A stretch of 64,000 nucleotides of DNA, taken from positions 7,653 through 71,652 of the forward strand of contig CAYTHI010000002.1 of assembly GCA_964437555.1 (NCBI GenBank), read 5' to 3'. This document shows positions 25,958 to 35,304 of this stretch, one piece after another. A program made the position numbers and the translations under genes. Under the pieces are notes generated by a model. It did not search any database. It saw only the letters and a program-made list of their open reading frames with translations, and was not told where the DNA came from. The DNA comes from Candidatus Woesearchaeota archaeon. GTDB lineage: Archaea > Nanobdellota > Nanobdellia > Pacearchaeales > GW2011-AR1. Every line of letters starts with the position of its first letter. The stretch's first letter is position 1.

Positions 25958-26055
25958 ATTTTCTTTAGCTTTTTCTCGTTAAAAATCAATAAGACTTTTT
26001 CTATTTGAAGTTTCGCAACCGCAAAGTCTAAAAAGGATTAATTAGAAGAGAACAG

Positions 26056-26559
26056 ATGGATGTGGCATATTTAGCACAAATAGCAAGAAGATTTAGAGAA
26101 AATCGTGGTGAAGTGATTAGAAGATTAGTTGAATTCAGAGATGTCCTAGAAAAAATAAGACAAAAATCTTCATATGCTTCTCAGGATATAACAGATGTTC
26201 TTCAGCAGATAGCAGTAGTATGTTTTAACAGTGTTAATCCGGTCAGGTCATTAGCAGCATGTTCCAGAGTGCATAGTGATGCATTAAGCATACCGACATC
26301 CACTTATCTTAGAAGGCAGGATTACAGGTTAGACTTGGTAACCCCTCCATGGATAAAGAGAATAGAAGAATATAATCCAAGAGCAAGAAGCCATGCTGAT
26401 ATAGTTCAGATAGCCACTGAGGGAATCATAACTGGCTCAAATTTAGAAGTGCCTTCATTAATGGGAGCAAGAACTCACGCAACTTCAGGAGCTAATAGTA
26501 CAACAACGCCACATCGTACAGGCCTTAGAAGTGAGCGCGATTTTACTGGATATAATTAA
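26056..26559 (+). CDS. Hypothetical protein with unusual composition and an S/T-rich C-terminus
   Basis: 167-aa ORF; Arg/Ser/Thr-rich; no family recognised. Confidence 0.4.
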   Translation: MDVAYLAQIARRFRENRGEVIRRLVEFRDVLEKIRQKSSYASQDITDVLQQIAVVCFNSVNPVRSLAACSRVHSDALSIPTSTYLRRQDYRLDLVTPPWIKRIEEYNPRARSHADIVQIATEGIITGSNLEVPSLMGARTHATSGANSTTTPHRTGLRSERDFTGYN

Positions 26560-26606
26560 ACTCCAAAGGCAATAAGTATTAAAAACTAATTCTGTTTATT
26601 TAAAAT

Positions 26607-27305
26607 ATGAAATTAAAAAATAAAACAGTTCTCATCACGGGTGGAAGCACTGGCATAGGAAAAGCAACGGCCGAAGCTTTTATAGAAAAAGAAGCAAAAA
26701 TAATTATTTTCGGTTTGTATAAGCCAGATTATAGCTGTGAATTTCATAAAGTTGATGTAAGCAAAGAGGAAGAAATAAAATCAGCTCTATCTAAAATAAA
26801 ATCGATAGACATTTTAATTAATAATGCAGGAATTGCGATAGAAAAACCATTTGAAGAAACAACGGCAGATATATTAAACAAAACAATTGACGTTAATCTA
26901 AAGGGAGTCTTCTGGGTATGCAGATACTCTTTACCTAAGTTAAGAGAGGGAAGTTGCATAATAAATATAAACTCAATAGCCGGAATAAGGGGATTTCCAG
27001 GAATCTCAATTTATAATGCGACAAAAGCTGGAGTGATTATACTAACAGAAACTCTGGCAAATGAACTCGGAAAAAATAAAATCAGAGTTAATTGTATTGC
27101 TCCGGGAACAATAGAAACTGAAATCTGGGAAAAGATGTACGGAAAAAATTCAAGGCAGATATTAGAAGAATTAAAGGAATCAAAACTACTAAAAAGAAAT
27201 GGAAGGCCAGAGGAAATAGCGCATGCAGCAATATTTTTAAGCGAAAATGAGTTTGTAAATGGAGAAACAATAGTGATTGATGGTGGAGAAACAAAGAAAG
27301 AATGA
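26607..27305 (+). CDS. Short-chain dehydrogenase/reductase (SDR)
   Basis: TGGSTGIGKATAE (NAD(P)-binding) and YNATKAGV (YxxxK active site). Confidence 0.8.
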   Translation: MKLKNKTVLITGGSTGIGKATAEAFIEKEAKIIIFGLYKPDYSCEFHKVDVSKEEEIKSALSKIKSIDILINNAGIAIEKPFEETTADILNKTIDVNLKGVFWVCRYSLPKLREGSCIININSIAGIRGFPGISIYNATKAGVIILTETLANELGKNKIRVNCIAPGTIETEIWEKMYGKNSRQILEELKESKLLKRNGRPEEIAHAAIFLSENEFVNGETIVIDGGETKKE

Positions 27306-27640
27306 CCCCCGACAAAGCTTCATATTCAGATTTTGAAAAACTTGAGCTAAAAGTTGGAAAGATAATGAAAGTTCAGAATCATCCGAACGCAGATAAATTA
27401 TATGTTTTAATTGTAGATTTAGGCGAAGAAGAGGACAGAATAATTGTTGCAGGATTAAGAAAAAATTACGAAAAAGAAGAACTTGAAGGCAAAAAAGCAA
27501 TTTTTGTAGCAAATTTAGAGCCTTCCAAAATCAGAGGCATTGAAAGCAATGGAATGATTCTTGCGGCAAGTGATGAAGAAGGAAATGTTCTTATTTTGTG
27601 TCCTGAAAAAGATATTGATGTCGGCAGCAAAGTTAAGTAA
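27302..27640 (+). CDS. tRNA-binding domain protein (Trbp111/CsaA/MetRS C-terminal-domain-like)
   Basis: 112 aa; LELKVGKI...HPNADKLYV...ESNGMILAA is the OB-fold tRNA-binding domain normally found at the MetRS C-terminus. Confidence 0.7.
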   Translation: MTPDKASYSDFEKLELKVGKIMKVQNHPNADKLYVLIVDLGEEEDRIIVAGLRKNYEKEELEGKKAIFVANLEPSKIRGIESNGMILAASDEEGNVLILCPEKDIDVGSKVK

Positions 27641-27641
27641 T

Positions 27642-28196
27642 TTACCTGCTAAACTTAAATACCGCTTTAACCGCATCAACAGGATTTCTAATGAACTTAT
27701 AAGCATCAATTGCTTTATCTTCTTTGGAGATTAGAAATTTACCATCATAAGCAATCACAACACTTCTAGAATTCTCGCCATGTGAAGGTTCAACAAAAGC
27801 ATACTCGCCGATAACCTCCTCCAAGTCTCGTTCAGGCGCAGCAAAAATATATCTTGGCGAATAGTTAATAACTAAAAATTCTTCAAACTCGCGCTTTCCT
27901 AACATAGAAAGCTCTGTTGCTGACGGAGTTGTATGCAAATGAGCCAACACTTTCCATTTTTCTCTCGTTCTGTCAGTGCCAAATCTAATTATTCTGGCAA
28001 CAGTTTCATCAGTCACAACTAATCCCCGATATAAAAGATTATGGGAATATACGCCTCTTTTCTTTAAATTTGTAAGTATTCTTCTACTTATTTCAGAAAT
28101 ATTATCATCGACGAAAGTAAAGTCTCCTAAATCAACAACTCTGCCATTTGGTGCGGAAACGTTAGAAACTCCCTTTAACAAATATGTTTTACTCAT
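27642..28196 (-). CDS. Hypothetical protein
   Basis: 184-aa ORF; no confident family. Confidence 0.45.
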   Translation of the reverse strand: MSKTYLLKGVSNVSAPNGRVVDLGDFTFVDDNISEISRRILTNLKKRGVYSHNLLYRGLVVTDETVARIIRFGTDRTREKWKVLAHLHTTPSATELSMLGKREFEEFLVINYSPRYIFAAPERDLEEVIGEYAFVEPSHGENSRSVVIAYDGKFLISKEDKAIDAYKFIRNPVDAVKAVFKFSR

Positions 28197-28257
28197 GAAA
28201 AACCAAAAAGAATGTTCTTCTTAAACCTTTCATTTTATAAAAAGATAGAAATTACTA

Positions 28258-29007
28258 TCATCCAAGAATTCTTGAGATTAAGCTGGGTGTTTTATACCTT
28301 ATGCCGGAGATATTTGCAGCAATCCTCTTGTAAGCTAAAGATGACCTGCTTCTCGGATGCAAATGCACTATCGCATCTTTTTTTGCAAGAGCAAACTGCA
28401 TATTCGGATCTTCAGGAACAACTCCAAGAACAGGAACTTCAAGGATATCTCTTACATTTTCAACAGACATCTCTGCCTTCGTTCCTCTGACTCTCGTTAC
28501 TATAACTCCTCTGACACGCTTTCCTCTTTGCTCGGCAAATTTTATCGCTTTCAAAGCATCTGTAACTGCCGGAACTTCCGGATTAGTAACAAGAATTATC
28601 TCGTCAGCAGCATCAATGCTTCCTATTGCTTCGTCCCCTAATCCTGCAGCACCATCATAAATGACATAGTCAACAGAAAGTTTCTTTAATTTTTTGCCAA
28701 CCTCTTTTAGCTTGGAATGATTTATTTTCGATAATTCTCTTACAGACAAGGAGCTTGGAATTAATTTTGTTCCTGATTCATGCTCGTAAATTGCATCAGA
28801 AATCCTCGCCTTGCCCTGAAGAACATGATTCAGGCTTACAGGAACAATCGGAGCGCCTAAATGCAGGCCAAGATTAGGAGTGGTTAAATTTGCATCAACT
28901 AAAATTACTTCTTTTCCAAACTGGTTTAAGCATACCCCAATATTTACAGAAGTGGTTGTCTTGCCAACGCCCCCCTTTCCTGAAATAATCGAAATTAATT
29001 TAGCCAT
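28258..29007 (-). CDS. minD: MinD/ParA-family ATPase
   Basis: Deviant Walker A ISGKGGVGKTTT; 249 aa. Confidence 0.8.
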   Translation of the reverse strand: MAKLISIISGKGGVGKTTTSVNIGVCLNQFGKEVILVDANLTTPNLGLHLGAPIVPVSLNHVLQGKARISDAIYEHESGTKLIPSSLSVRELSKINHSKLKEVGKKLKKLSVDYVIYDGAAGLGDEAIGSIDAADEIILVTNPEVPAVTDALKAIKFAEQRGKRVRGVIVTRVRGTKAEMSVENVRDILEVPVLGVVPEDPNMQFALAKKDAIVHLHPRSRSSLAYKRIAANISGIRYKTPSLISRILG

Positions 29008-29029
29008 ATTAAATCAAAGTAAAACAACT

Positions 29030-29494
29030 CTATTTAAGATAACTTATAAACTTTTCTAACGTATCTGAATATTCCTTAAGTTTCTCCAAATTCACATTCA
29101 CAATCTGGTCTTTATACTTAACTTTAAGGTTTACCCCTTTCCTGAATTCATTTTCTCTGGTTTTATCCAGTTTTTCTATATCGCGAAACAGCTCATACAT
29201 CTCAAGAGTCTTGGCAACAATCGGCTCTCCCTTGTAAATGCTTTTCAACTGAATAAGTTTCGCTCTTGGAGCATCAGGAATCTGCTTCCATTGCCTTTTC
29301 TTGACCTTCTCAATAAGTCTGTCCATTGACATTTCAATCATAACCTTCCATCTTAGCAGCAAGTTTATAATAACATCACAGGTTTTCGTGTACTTTAAGC
29401 TTACATATAAAAGATGGTCTGCACTGATTTTTTCCTTTATTATATGATCCATAACCAAGTCGTTACCTCTTAAAAAGCAGAAACACGAAGGCAA
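29030..29494 (-). CDS. Hypothetical protein (true start probably at the internal Met MDHIIKEK)
   Basis: ORF with Lys/Glu-rich coiled-coil-like composition. Confidence 0.4.
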   Translation of the reverse strand: MPSCFCFLRGNDLVMDHIIKEKISADHLLYVSLKYTKTCDVIINLLLRWKVMIEMSMDRLIEKVKKRQWKQIPDAPRAKLIQLKSIYKGEPIVAKTLEMYELFRDIEKLDKTRENEFRKGVNLKVKYKDQIVNVNLEKLKEYSDTLEKFISYLK

Positions 29495-29551
29495 AAGAAG
29501 TATTTATACCTTTCTGAATTTTGCACTTATCACTTTTAAGTGATTTCAGAA

Positions 29552-29887
29552 TTAATCTGCCAATTTCATGATTGCTTCCGCAATGTCTTGGGTTTCTTCT
29601 AAAGCATCCCGAGCTTCTTCTTCTGATTTTCCGGTCTTTTCGGCAACCATCTTAACATCTTCATCAGAAAATCCCTCGCTCTTGCTTTCCTCTCTGACTT
29701 CTCCTGAAATCTGAAAGCTTTCATTGCCCTGCATCACAATCTTTTGCACATTAGGATTTTCAATAACAATATTTCCGTCTTCCTTCTCAATTATAACTCT
29801 TTTAGCATTAATTTCTTCCTGCTTGATGCCCAGCTGCTTCATCATTGCCTGCATCTTCTTAGGATCCAATCCTCCCATTCCAAACAT
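29552..29887 (-). CDS. nac: Nascent polypeptide-associated complex, alpha subunit
   Basis: 111 aa; NAC domain (VIIEKEDGNIVIENPNVQKI) and C-terminal UBA-like tail. Confidence 0.8.
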   Translation of the reverse strand: MFGMGGLDPKKMQAMMKQLGIKQEEINAKRVIIEKEDGNIVIENPNVQKIVMQGNESFQISGEVREESKSEGFSDEDVKMVAEKTGKSEEEARDALEETQDIAEAIMKLAD

Positions 29888-29936
29888 ATTTCAGCTGATG
29901 AATAAAAGTATAAATACCTTACTAAATCCTAAGTCT

Positions 29937-30164
29937 CTAGTTGCTCTTCGCAATAAGCGCAGCCTGCGGAGCAATCTTGCTCCCGCATTCAGGACAGAAT
30001 TTTTCCTCTCCGCTTAAGATAATTCCGCATTGAGAACACTTCTTTGGCTCAACTCTTCTCTCTATAACAGGCTTATAGCCTTTCTTCCCAGACAAGATTA
30101 ATCCGAAAGCTTCATGGACTTTCGGGTCATCCATTTTATCTCTTAAATCTAAACAGCTTCCCAT
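29937..30164 (-). CDS. Small Zn-ribbon protein
   Basis: 75 aa; CSQCG...CPECG. Confidence 0.5.
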   Translation of the reverse strand: MGSCLDLRDKMDDPKVHEAFGLILSGKKGYKPVIERRVEPKKCSQCGIILSGEEKFCPECGSKIAPQAALIAKSN

Positions 30165-30167
30165 TTT

Positions 30168-30335
30168 TTAAACCGACGGCCAAAAGACCTTGAGAGCAAT
30201 TACAAAAGCGATTACAACAACAATAAATACAATTACTGTTCTGGGATTAACCATAAACTTGCTGTTATATTCATCATCATACCTCATCAGCCCGCCAAAA
30301 ACGCCCGGCATATGTATCTTATTATCTCTCTCCAT
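30168..30335 (-). CDS. secG: Preprotein translocase subunit Sec61-beta (archaeal SecG)
   Basis: 55 aa, MERDNKIHMPGVFGGLMRYDDEYNSKFMVNPRTVIVFIVVVIAFVIALKVFWPSV; G-L-x-R-Y-x-D-E motif plus a single C-terminal TM; below the ORF-track cutoff. Confidence 0.7.
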   Translation of the reverse strand: MERDNKIHMPGVFGGLMRYDDEYNSKFMVNPRTVIVFIVVVIAFVIALKVFWPSV

Positions 30336-30365
30336 GACTTATTTTAATATCTATTATTTAAAAAT

Positions 30366-30983
30366 CTATTGCTCCAGCTTTCTTAAAAACTTTTTTTTAT
30401 CCCTTCCAAGAACCTCTTTTCCCCATAAGACAAAAATCCTGTTTATTCTGCTCCAATATTTTTTCGGGGCAATTTTCATCAAAGCATATTCAGTTTCAGT
30501 AGGATTTCTGGTTTTAACAAGCCCGAGAACATTTGATAAACGATGAACGTGAGTATCAACTGTAATTCCATCTTTCTTATGAACTTCACTCAAAACCAGA
30601 TTCGCAGTCTTTCTCCCAACTCCCGGAATTTTCACAAGCTCGTCAATTTCATCAGGAATTTTTCCATTGAACTCTTTTAGGATAAACTTGGCAGCAGCAA
30701 TAGCATTTCTCGCTTTTGTTTTATTATAATTCAAGCTTTTAAAAATCCTAAGAACGTCGCTGTATCTTGCCTTGCCCAATTTTTCCAAATTTCCATACTT
30801 TCTAAAAAGCTCTTCAGCAATCGGTATTGTTGTCTCATCTCTGCTTTGCGCGGACATAATTGTTGCGATTAAAGTCTGCCAGTCATAATCCCATCCTTCT
30901 CCTGCAAGCCTTTTCCCGCTTTTGCCATATTTTCTCTCGGCTTTCCTGAAAATCTCAAAAAAATACTCTTTTTTGTTCACCAA
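30366..30983 (-). CDS. nth: Endonuclease III-like HhH-GPD DNA glycosylase (no C-terminal FeS cysteine cluster)
   Basis: LVKIPGVGRKTANLVL helix-hairpin-helix, GPD-region Asp; 205 aa. Confidence 0.75.
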   Translation of the reverse strand: MVNKKEYFFEIFRKAERKYGKSGKRLAGEGWDYDWQTLIATIMSAQSRDETTIPIAEELFRKYGNLEKLGKARYSDVLRIFKSLNYNKTKARNAIAAAKFILKEFNGKIPDEIDELVKIPGVGRKTANLVLSEVHKKDGITVDTHVHRLSNVLGLVKTRNPTETEYALMKIAPKKYWSRINRIFVLWGKEVLGRDKKKFLRKLEQ

Positions 30984-31106
30984 TCAGAAAGAAAAGCCAG
31001 AAATTTAAAGTATTGCATAAAGTCAGGAAAACCTCAAATGAATAACATTTATATAGGTGTCCAGCCAAATAATATTACATGTTCAGAATGAAAGGAGGTA
31101 AATAAG

Positions 31107-31250
31107 ATGAGTGGTGGTTGGCAAACTTGGCTCGCTTTAATAGGCGGAATTGTTGCTGTGATTGGTGAATTCTGGCCTGGTTATTATCTTGCTGCAATCG
31201 GAGGAATTCTTGCAGTGATAGGCGGCCTTGGAGCATTTTCTGGCAAATAA
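31107..31250 (+). CDS. Small membrane protein (47 aa, GxxxG-rich), paralog 1
   Basis: Preceded by AAAGGAGGT 8 nt upstream; MSGGWQTWLALIGGIVAVIGEFW...; followed by an oligo-T tract. Confidence 0.55.
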   Translation: MSGGWQTWLALIGGIVAVIGEFWPGYYLAAIGGILAVIGGLGAFSGK

Positions 31251-31324
31251 AGCCAAATAAATTTTTTATTTTTTTTATTTAATCAATATACTTATAGATG
31301 TTTACTGAAAGGAGGTACGAAAAC

Positions 31325-31675
31325 ATGAACAATTTACAAAGATCATGGGCGATGATTATAGGAATAATCCTTATTGTAGTGGGTATTTGGGGATTCTTCC
31401 AACAGCCAGTACTGAGTCTATTTGGAGTAAACCCTGCGCATAACATAGTTCATATAGTTACAGGGCTCATTTTTGCATGGGCAGGATTCTCAAAAGGAAC
31501 TTCAGCTATGCCTGTCAATAAATGGCTGGGAGTCATTTACATCTTCGTAGGAATAATAGGTTTTGCAGGACTTCTGACTTTCTTGGAAGTTCAGGCAGGA
31601 GCTGGAGACTTGGACAACTGGTTGCATTTGATTATCGGCCTTGTGTCTGCGGCGATAGGCTGGTTTGCCAAGTAA
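31325..31675 (+). CDS. Small membrane protein (116 aa), paralog 2; the track start at 31298 probably includes the RBS, with the true start at 31325
   Basis: The same AAAGGAGGT motif 8 nt upstream of ATG 31325; 3-4 TM helices; a similar T-rich 3' flank. Confidence 0.55.
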   Translation: MNNLQRSWAMIIGIILIVVGIWGFFQQPVLSLFGVNPAHNIVHIVTGLIFAWAGFSKGTSAMPVNKWLGVIYIFVGIIGFAGLLTFLEVQAGAGDLDNWLHLIIGLVSAAIGWFAK

Positions 31676-31759
31676 AAGCAAAAATATTATTTTTATTTTT
31701 TTATTGATTACAAAGAGCACAAACACTAAATTTAAAATGCCCTCATTCTTAAAAAACTG

Positions 31760-34090
31760 ATGGGTGAAGAGAATAAGCAGATAGATAAAAAATGGAGAAA
31801 CTATTGGGAAAAAGAAAGAGTATATTCCTTCAAGCCTGATTCTAAAAAGAAAATTTATTCTATAGATACGCCCCCTCCGACTGTTTCCGGAGAAATGCAC
31901 ATGGGTCATGCCTTTATGTATTCCCAGATGGATTTCATAGCCAGATACAAACGAATGCAGGGCTTTAACGTCTTCTATCCTTTCGGAACAGACGACAATG
32001 GCCTCCCAACAGAAAAGCTTATAGAAAAAACAAACAACGTAAAAAGCAAATCAATGCCAAGAGAAGAATTTATCAAATTATGCCTGAAAACCCTAAAGCA
32101 AATGCTCCCAAAATTCACAGATGACTGGAAAAATATTGGCATTTCATCTGATTTTACAAAAATCTATTCAACAATTGACAATAGTTCAAGAAAAATATCT
32201 CAAAAATCTTTCATTGAATTATACAATAAAGGGCATATTTACAAAAAAGAATTTCCGACAATATGGGATACTCAATTCCAAACACCTGTAGCTCAGGCAG
32301 AATTAGAAGATAAAGAAAAAGAATCTTTCTTTACAACGATAAAATTCCAATGCGGGGAAAAAATCCTTCCTATTGCAACTACACGTCCGGAACTCTTGGG
32401 AGCATGCCTTGCAGTTTTTGTAAACCCAAAAGACAAAAGATATTCAAACCTTATAGGAAAAAAAGCTAAAATCCCATTGTTCAACAATAAAGTCCCCATA
32501 ATAGCTGATGATTCAGCAGACATGAAGAAAGGCACAGGATTATTGATGGTATGCTCTTACGGAGACAAGTATGATATACAGGCTGTAAAAAAGCATAAAT
32601 TAAATCCAAGAATAATAATAAGCAAAGGCGGAACAATTAACATAGCGCCTTACGCAGGATTGACAATAGCAGAAGCAAGGAAAAGAACTTTAGAAGACCT
32701 AAAGAAAAACGATTTAATAATAAACCAGGAAAAAATAAAACACACAGTCAATGTTTATGAAAAATCAGGGGCAGAAATAGAATTTATACCGACAGAGCAA
32801 TGGTTCATAAAAATCCTTGACAAGCAGAAAAAGCTGATACTATTAGGAAAAAAAATAAAATGGATTCCTGAATACATGTTCAAAAGATATGAAAATTGGA
32901 TTCTTGGATTAGAGTGGGACTGGTCAATTTCAAGGGAAAGGCATTTCGGAGTTCCTATCCCTTTATGGTATTGCAAAACCTGTAATAACATAATTCTTGC
33001 CAAAGAGTCAGAGCTTCCTGTAGATCCTGTGGAAAAAGAAAAAAGATGCGACAAATGCAAATCATTAGCGGAGCCTGAAACAAAAGTTCTTGACACATGG
33101 GCAACATCTTCTCTTTCCCCAAAAATAGCTTCAGAATTATTTGGAGGAGAAATAAAAACTCCTTACTCTTTAAGGTCGCAGGGACATGACATAATTAGAA
33201 CATGGGCATTCTACACAATAGTCAAATCCTATCTTCACGAAAACAAGATCCCCTGGAATGACATCATAATTACAGGGAACGTAAAATTAAAGGGAGAAAA
33301 AATGTCAAAATCAAAAGGAAATGTCATGCGCCCTCAGGAAGTATTGGAAAAGCACGGAGCAGATGCAATAAGATACTGGGCGGCCTCTTCAACATTAGGA
33401 GAGGATTTTGAATATCACGAAAAAGATGTGATTACAGGAAATAAATTCTCTACAAAAATGCTCAATGCTGCTAATTTCGTGTTTATGAATTTAGAGCATC
33501 AGAATAAAACTCCAAAAATCCTGGAATTAGACAGAATTTTCCTTTCTCAATTGAATAGCCTTATAGCAATATCCACAGAATCTTTTGAGAATTATAATTA
33601 TGCGTGCTCAAAATTAGAAACAGACAAATTCTTCTGGCATTCATTTGCAGACAATTATCTGGAGATAGTTAAAAATCGTGTTTACAACGGAACAAAAGAA
33701 GAAAAATCTTCCGCCTTCTATACTCTTTACAATGCGCTCTTAACCATACTAAAGTTAACTGCTCCTATAACTCCATTCATAACAGAGGAAATATACCAGC
33801 AGCATTTTAAAAAATATGAAAAAGAAAAATCAATACATCTTACAAATTGGCCTGAAAAAATCAGAATAAAGGAATCAAAAGATGATGATAAAAAATGGGC
33901 AAGAATTACTGAGATAATAGCATCTGTAAGGCAGGCAAAATCAAATGCAAAGAAATCAATGAAAGCACAGGTTATTTTAGCGTTACCAAAAGAAGACATA
34001 AACTTCCTGGAAGATGTTTTGGATGACATAAAAGCAGTTACCTGCTCAAAAGAAATCAACGAAGGTATGTTTAATATAGAAATTCTCTAG
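31760..34090 (+). CDS. valS: Class I aminoacyl-tRNA synthetase of the Val/Ile/Leu group, most likely valyl-tRNA synthetase (compact, 776 aa)
   Basis: HMGH (HIGH), KMSKSKGN, and an editing-domain block ATTRPELLGACLAVFVNPKDKRY...IPIIADDSADMKKGTGLLMVCSYGD close to the ValRS CP1 consensus. Confidence 0.6.
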   Translation: MGEENKQIDKKWRNYWEKERVYSFKPDSKKKIYSIDTPPPTVSGEMHMGHAFMYSQMDFIARYKRMQGFNVFYPFGTDDNGLPTEKLIEKTNNVKSKSMPREEFIKLCLKTLKQMLPKFTDDWKNIGISSDFTKIYSTIDNSSRKISQKSFIELYNKGHIYKKEFPTIWDTQFQTPVAQAELEDKEKESFFTTIKFQCGEKILPIATTRPELLGACLAVFVNPKDKRYSNLIGKKAKIPLFNNKVPIIADDSADMKKGTGLLMVCSYGDKYDIQAVKKHKLNPRIIISKGGTINIAPYAGLTIAEARKRTLEDLKKNDLIINQEKIKHTVNVYEKSGAEIEFIPTEQWFIKILDKQKKLILLGKKIKWIPEYMFKRYENWILGLEWDWSISRERHFGVPIPLWYCKTCNNIILAKESELPVDPVEKEKRCDKCKSLAEPETKVLDTWATSSLSPKIASELFGGEIKTPYSLRSQGHDIIRTWAFYTIVKSYLHENKIPWNDIIITGNVKLKGEKMSKSKGNVMRPQEVLEKHGADAIRYWAASSTLGEDFEYHEKDVITGNKFSTKMLNAANFVFMNLEHQNKTPKILELDRIFLSQLNSLIAISTESFENYNYACSKLETDKFFWHSFADNYLEIVKNRVYNGTKEEKSSAFYTLYNALLTILKLTAPITPFITEEIYQQHFKKYEKEKSIHLTNWPEKIRIKESKDDDKKWARITEIIASVRQAKSNAKKSMKAQVILALPKEDINFLEDVLDDIKAVTCSKEINEGMFNIEIL

Positions 34091-34135
34091 CTTAAATCAG
34101 CAAATCTTTATTAACTCCTCTAATTTCTCATAAAA

Positions 34136-35236
34136 ATGGAGATAACTGAGAAGCAAAAATCAGAGCTTGAAGAAAAAATAAAAGACTTAGAATCAAGAAA
34201 AGGCAGGCACACCCAATTAGTAACTGTCATGATACCTGCAGGATTCAATGTGAGCCAGGTAGTGAGGCAGTTGGAAGCTGAAAAATCAACTGCTGCAAAC
34301 ATAAAGTCAAAGCAGACAAGAACAGCAGTCTCTGACGCATTGGAAAGAATTATCAGGGAATTAAAAAGTTTCAGGCAGACCCCTCCAAACGGCCTGGCGT
34401 TATTTTCAGGAAATATTGCAGAACAGGAAGGAGTTCAGGACATTAAGCTTTGGGTAATTGAACCTCCAAGGCCATTAAACATTAGAATGTATAGATGCGA
34501 CCAAACTTTTGTTACGACACCTTTAAGAGAGATGCTTGAAACACAGGAAGTATATGCTTTGCTTGTAATAGACAGGCAGGAAGCAACAATGGGGTTATTA
34601 GAAGGAAAAAAAATAAAAGTTCTTAGCAAAATGACATCTGGAGTTCCTGGAAAAGTAAGGGCCGGGGGACAAAGCGCAGCCCGCTTTCATAGAGTAACAG
34701 AAGGCCTTACAAAAGAATTCTTCAGGCGTGTTTCTGCAGAGATGAAAAAACTCTTCTTTGACCTGCCGAAGCTAAAGGGAGTGCTAATCGGAGGTCCTAT
34801 TCCCACAAAAGAGGAATTTCTGGAAGAAGGAGAATTAGTTACAAAGCTAAAAGAGTTAGTTATAGCTGTAAAAGATATAGGTTATGTTGATGAGCACGGC
34901 CTTGAGCTATTAGTAGAATCATCGCAGGAAGATATACAGGAGCAAGAATTAGTAAAAGAGAAAAAAGCGGTTGAAAAATTCTTTGAAACTCTTGGAAAGA
35001 ATCCTGAAAAAGCTACTTATGGTGAAAAAAAAGTCTCTTTGGCTTTGGAAAGAGGCGCAGTTGAAAAACTTCTGATTTCAAAAAGCATGAGCAAGGAAAA
35101 AACAAAGGCATTTGAAGAAAAAGCCATTAATATAGGTGCAGAAATAACAATAATCTCCCTTGAGACCATTGAAGGAGAGCAGTTTGATAACTTAACAGGC
35201 GGTGTAGGAGCCATATTAAGATTCGCCTTTCAGTAA
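34136..35236 (+). CDS. prf1: Peptide chain release factor aRF1 (eRF1 homolog)
   Basis: NIKS motif (TAANIKSKQ) and GGQ motif (RAGGQSAARF). Confidence 0.85.
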   Translation: MEITEKQKSELEEKIKDLESRKGRHTQLVTVMIPAGFNVSQVVRQLEAEKSTAANIKSKQTRTAVSDALERIIRELKSFRQTPPNGLALFSGNIAEQEGVQDIKLWVIEPPRPLNIRMYRCDQTFVTTPLREMLETQEVYALLVIDRQEATMGLLEGKKIKVLSKMTSGVPGKVRAGGQSAARFHRVTEGLTKEFFRRVSAEMKKLFFDLPKLKGVLIGGPIPTKEEFLEEGELVTKLKELVIAVKDIGYVDEHGLELLVESSQEDIQEQELVKEKKAVEKFFETLGKNPEKATYGEKKVSLALERGAVEKLLISKSMSKEKTKAFEEKAINIGAEITIISLETIEGEQFDNLTGGVGAILRFAFQ

Positions 35237-35304
35237 TAATCAAAAAGTATAATAATTTTCTTACCACAATAAACCATATAAATAACCCCTAGCCTTTACT
35301 TCCA

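Noticed and set aside
30190-30546. 118-aa plus-strand ORF
   Set aside because: Overlaps the Sec61-beta gene and the 3' end of nth on the opposite strand. The translation is low-complexity.
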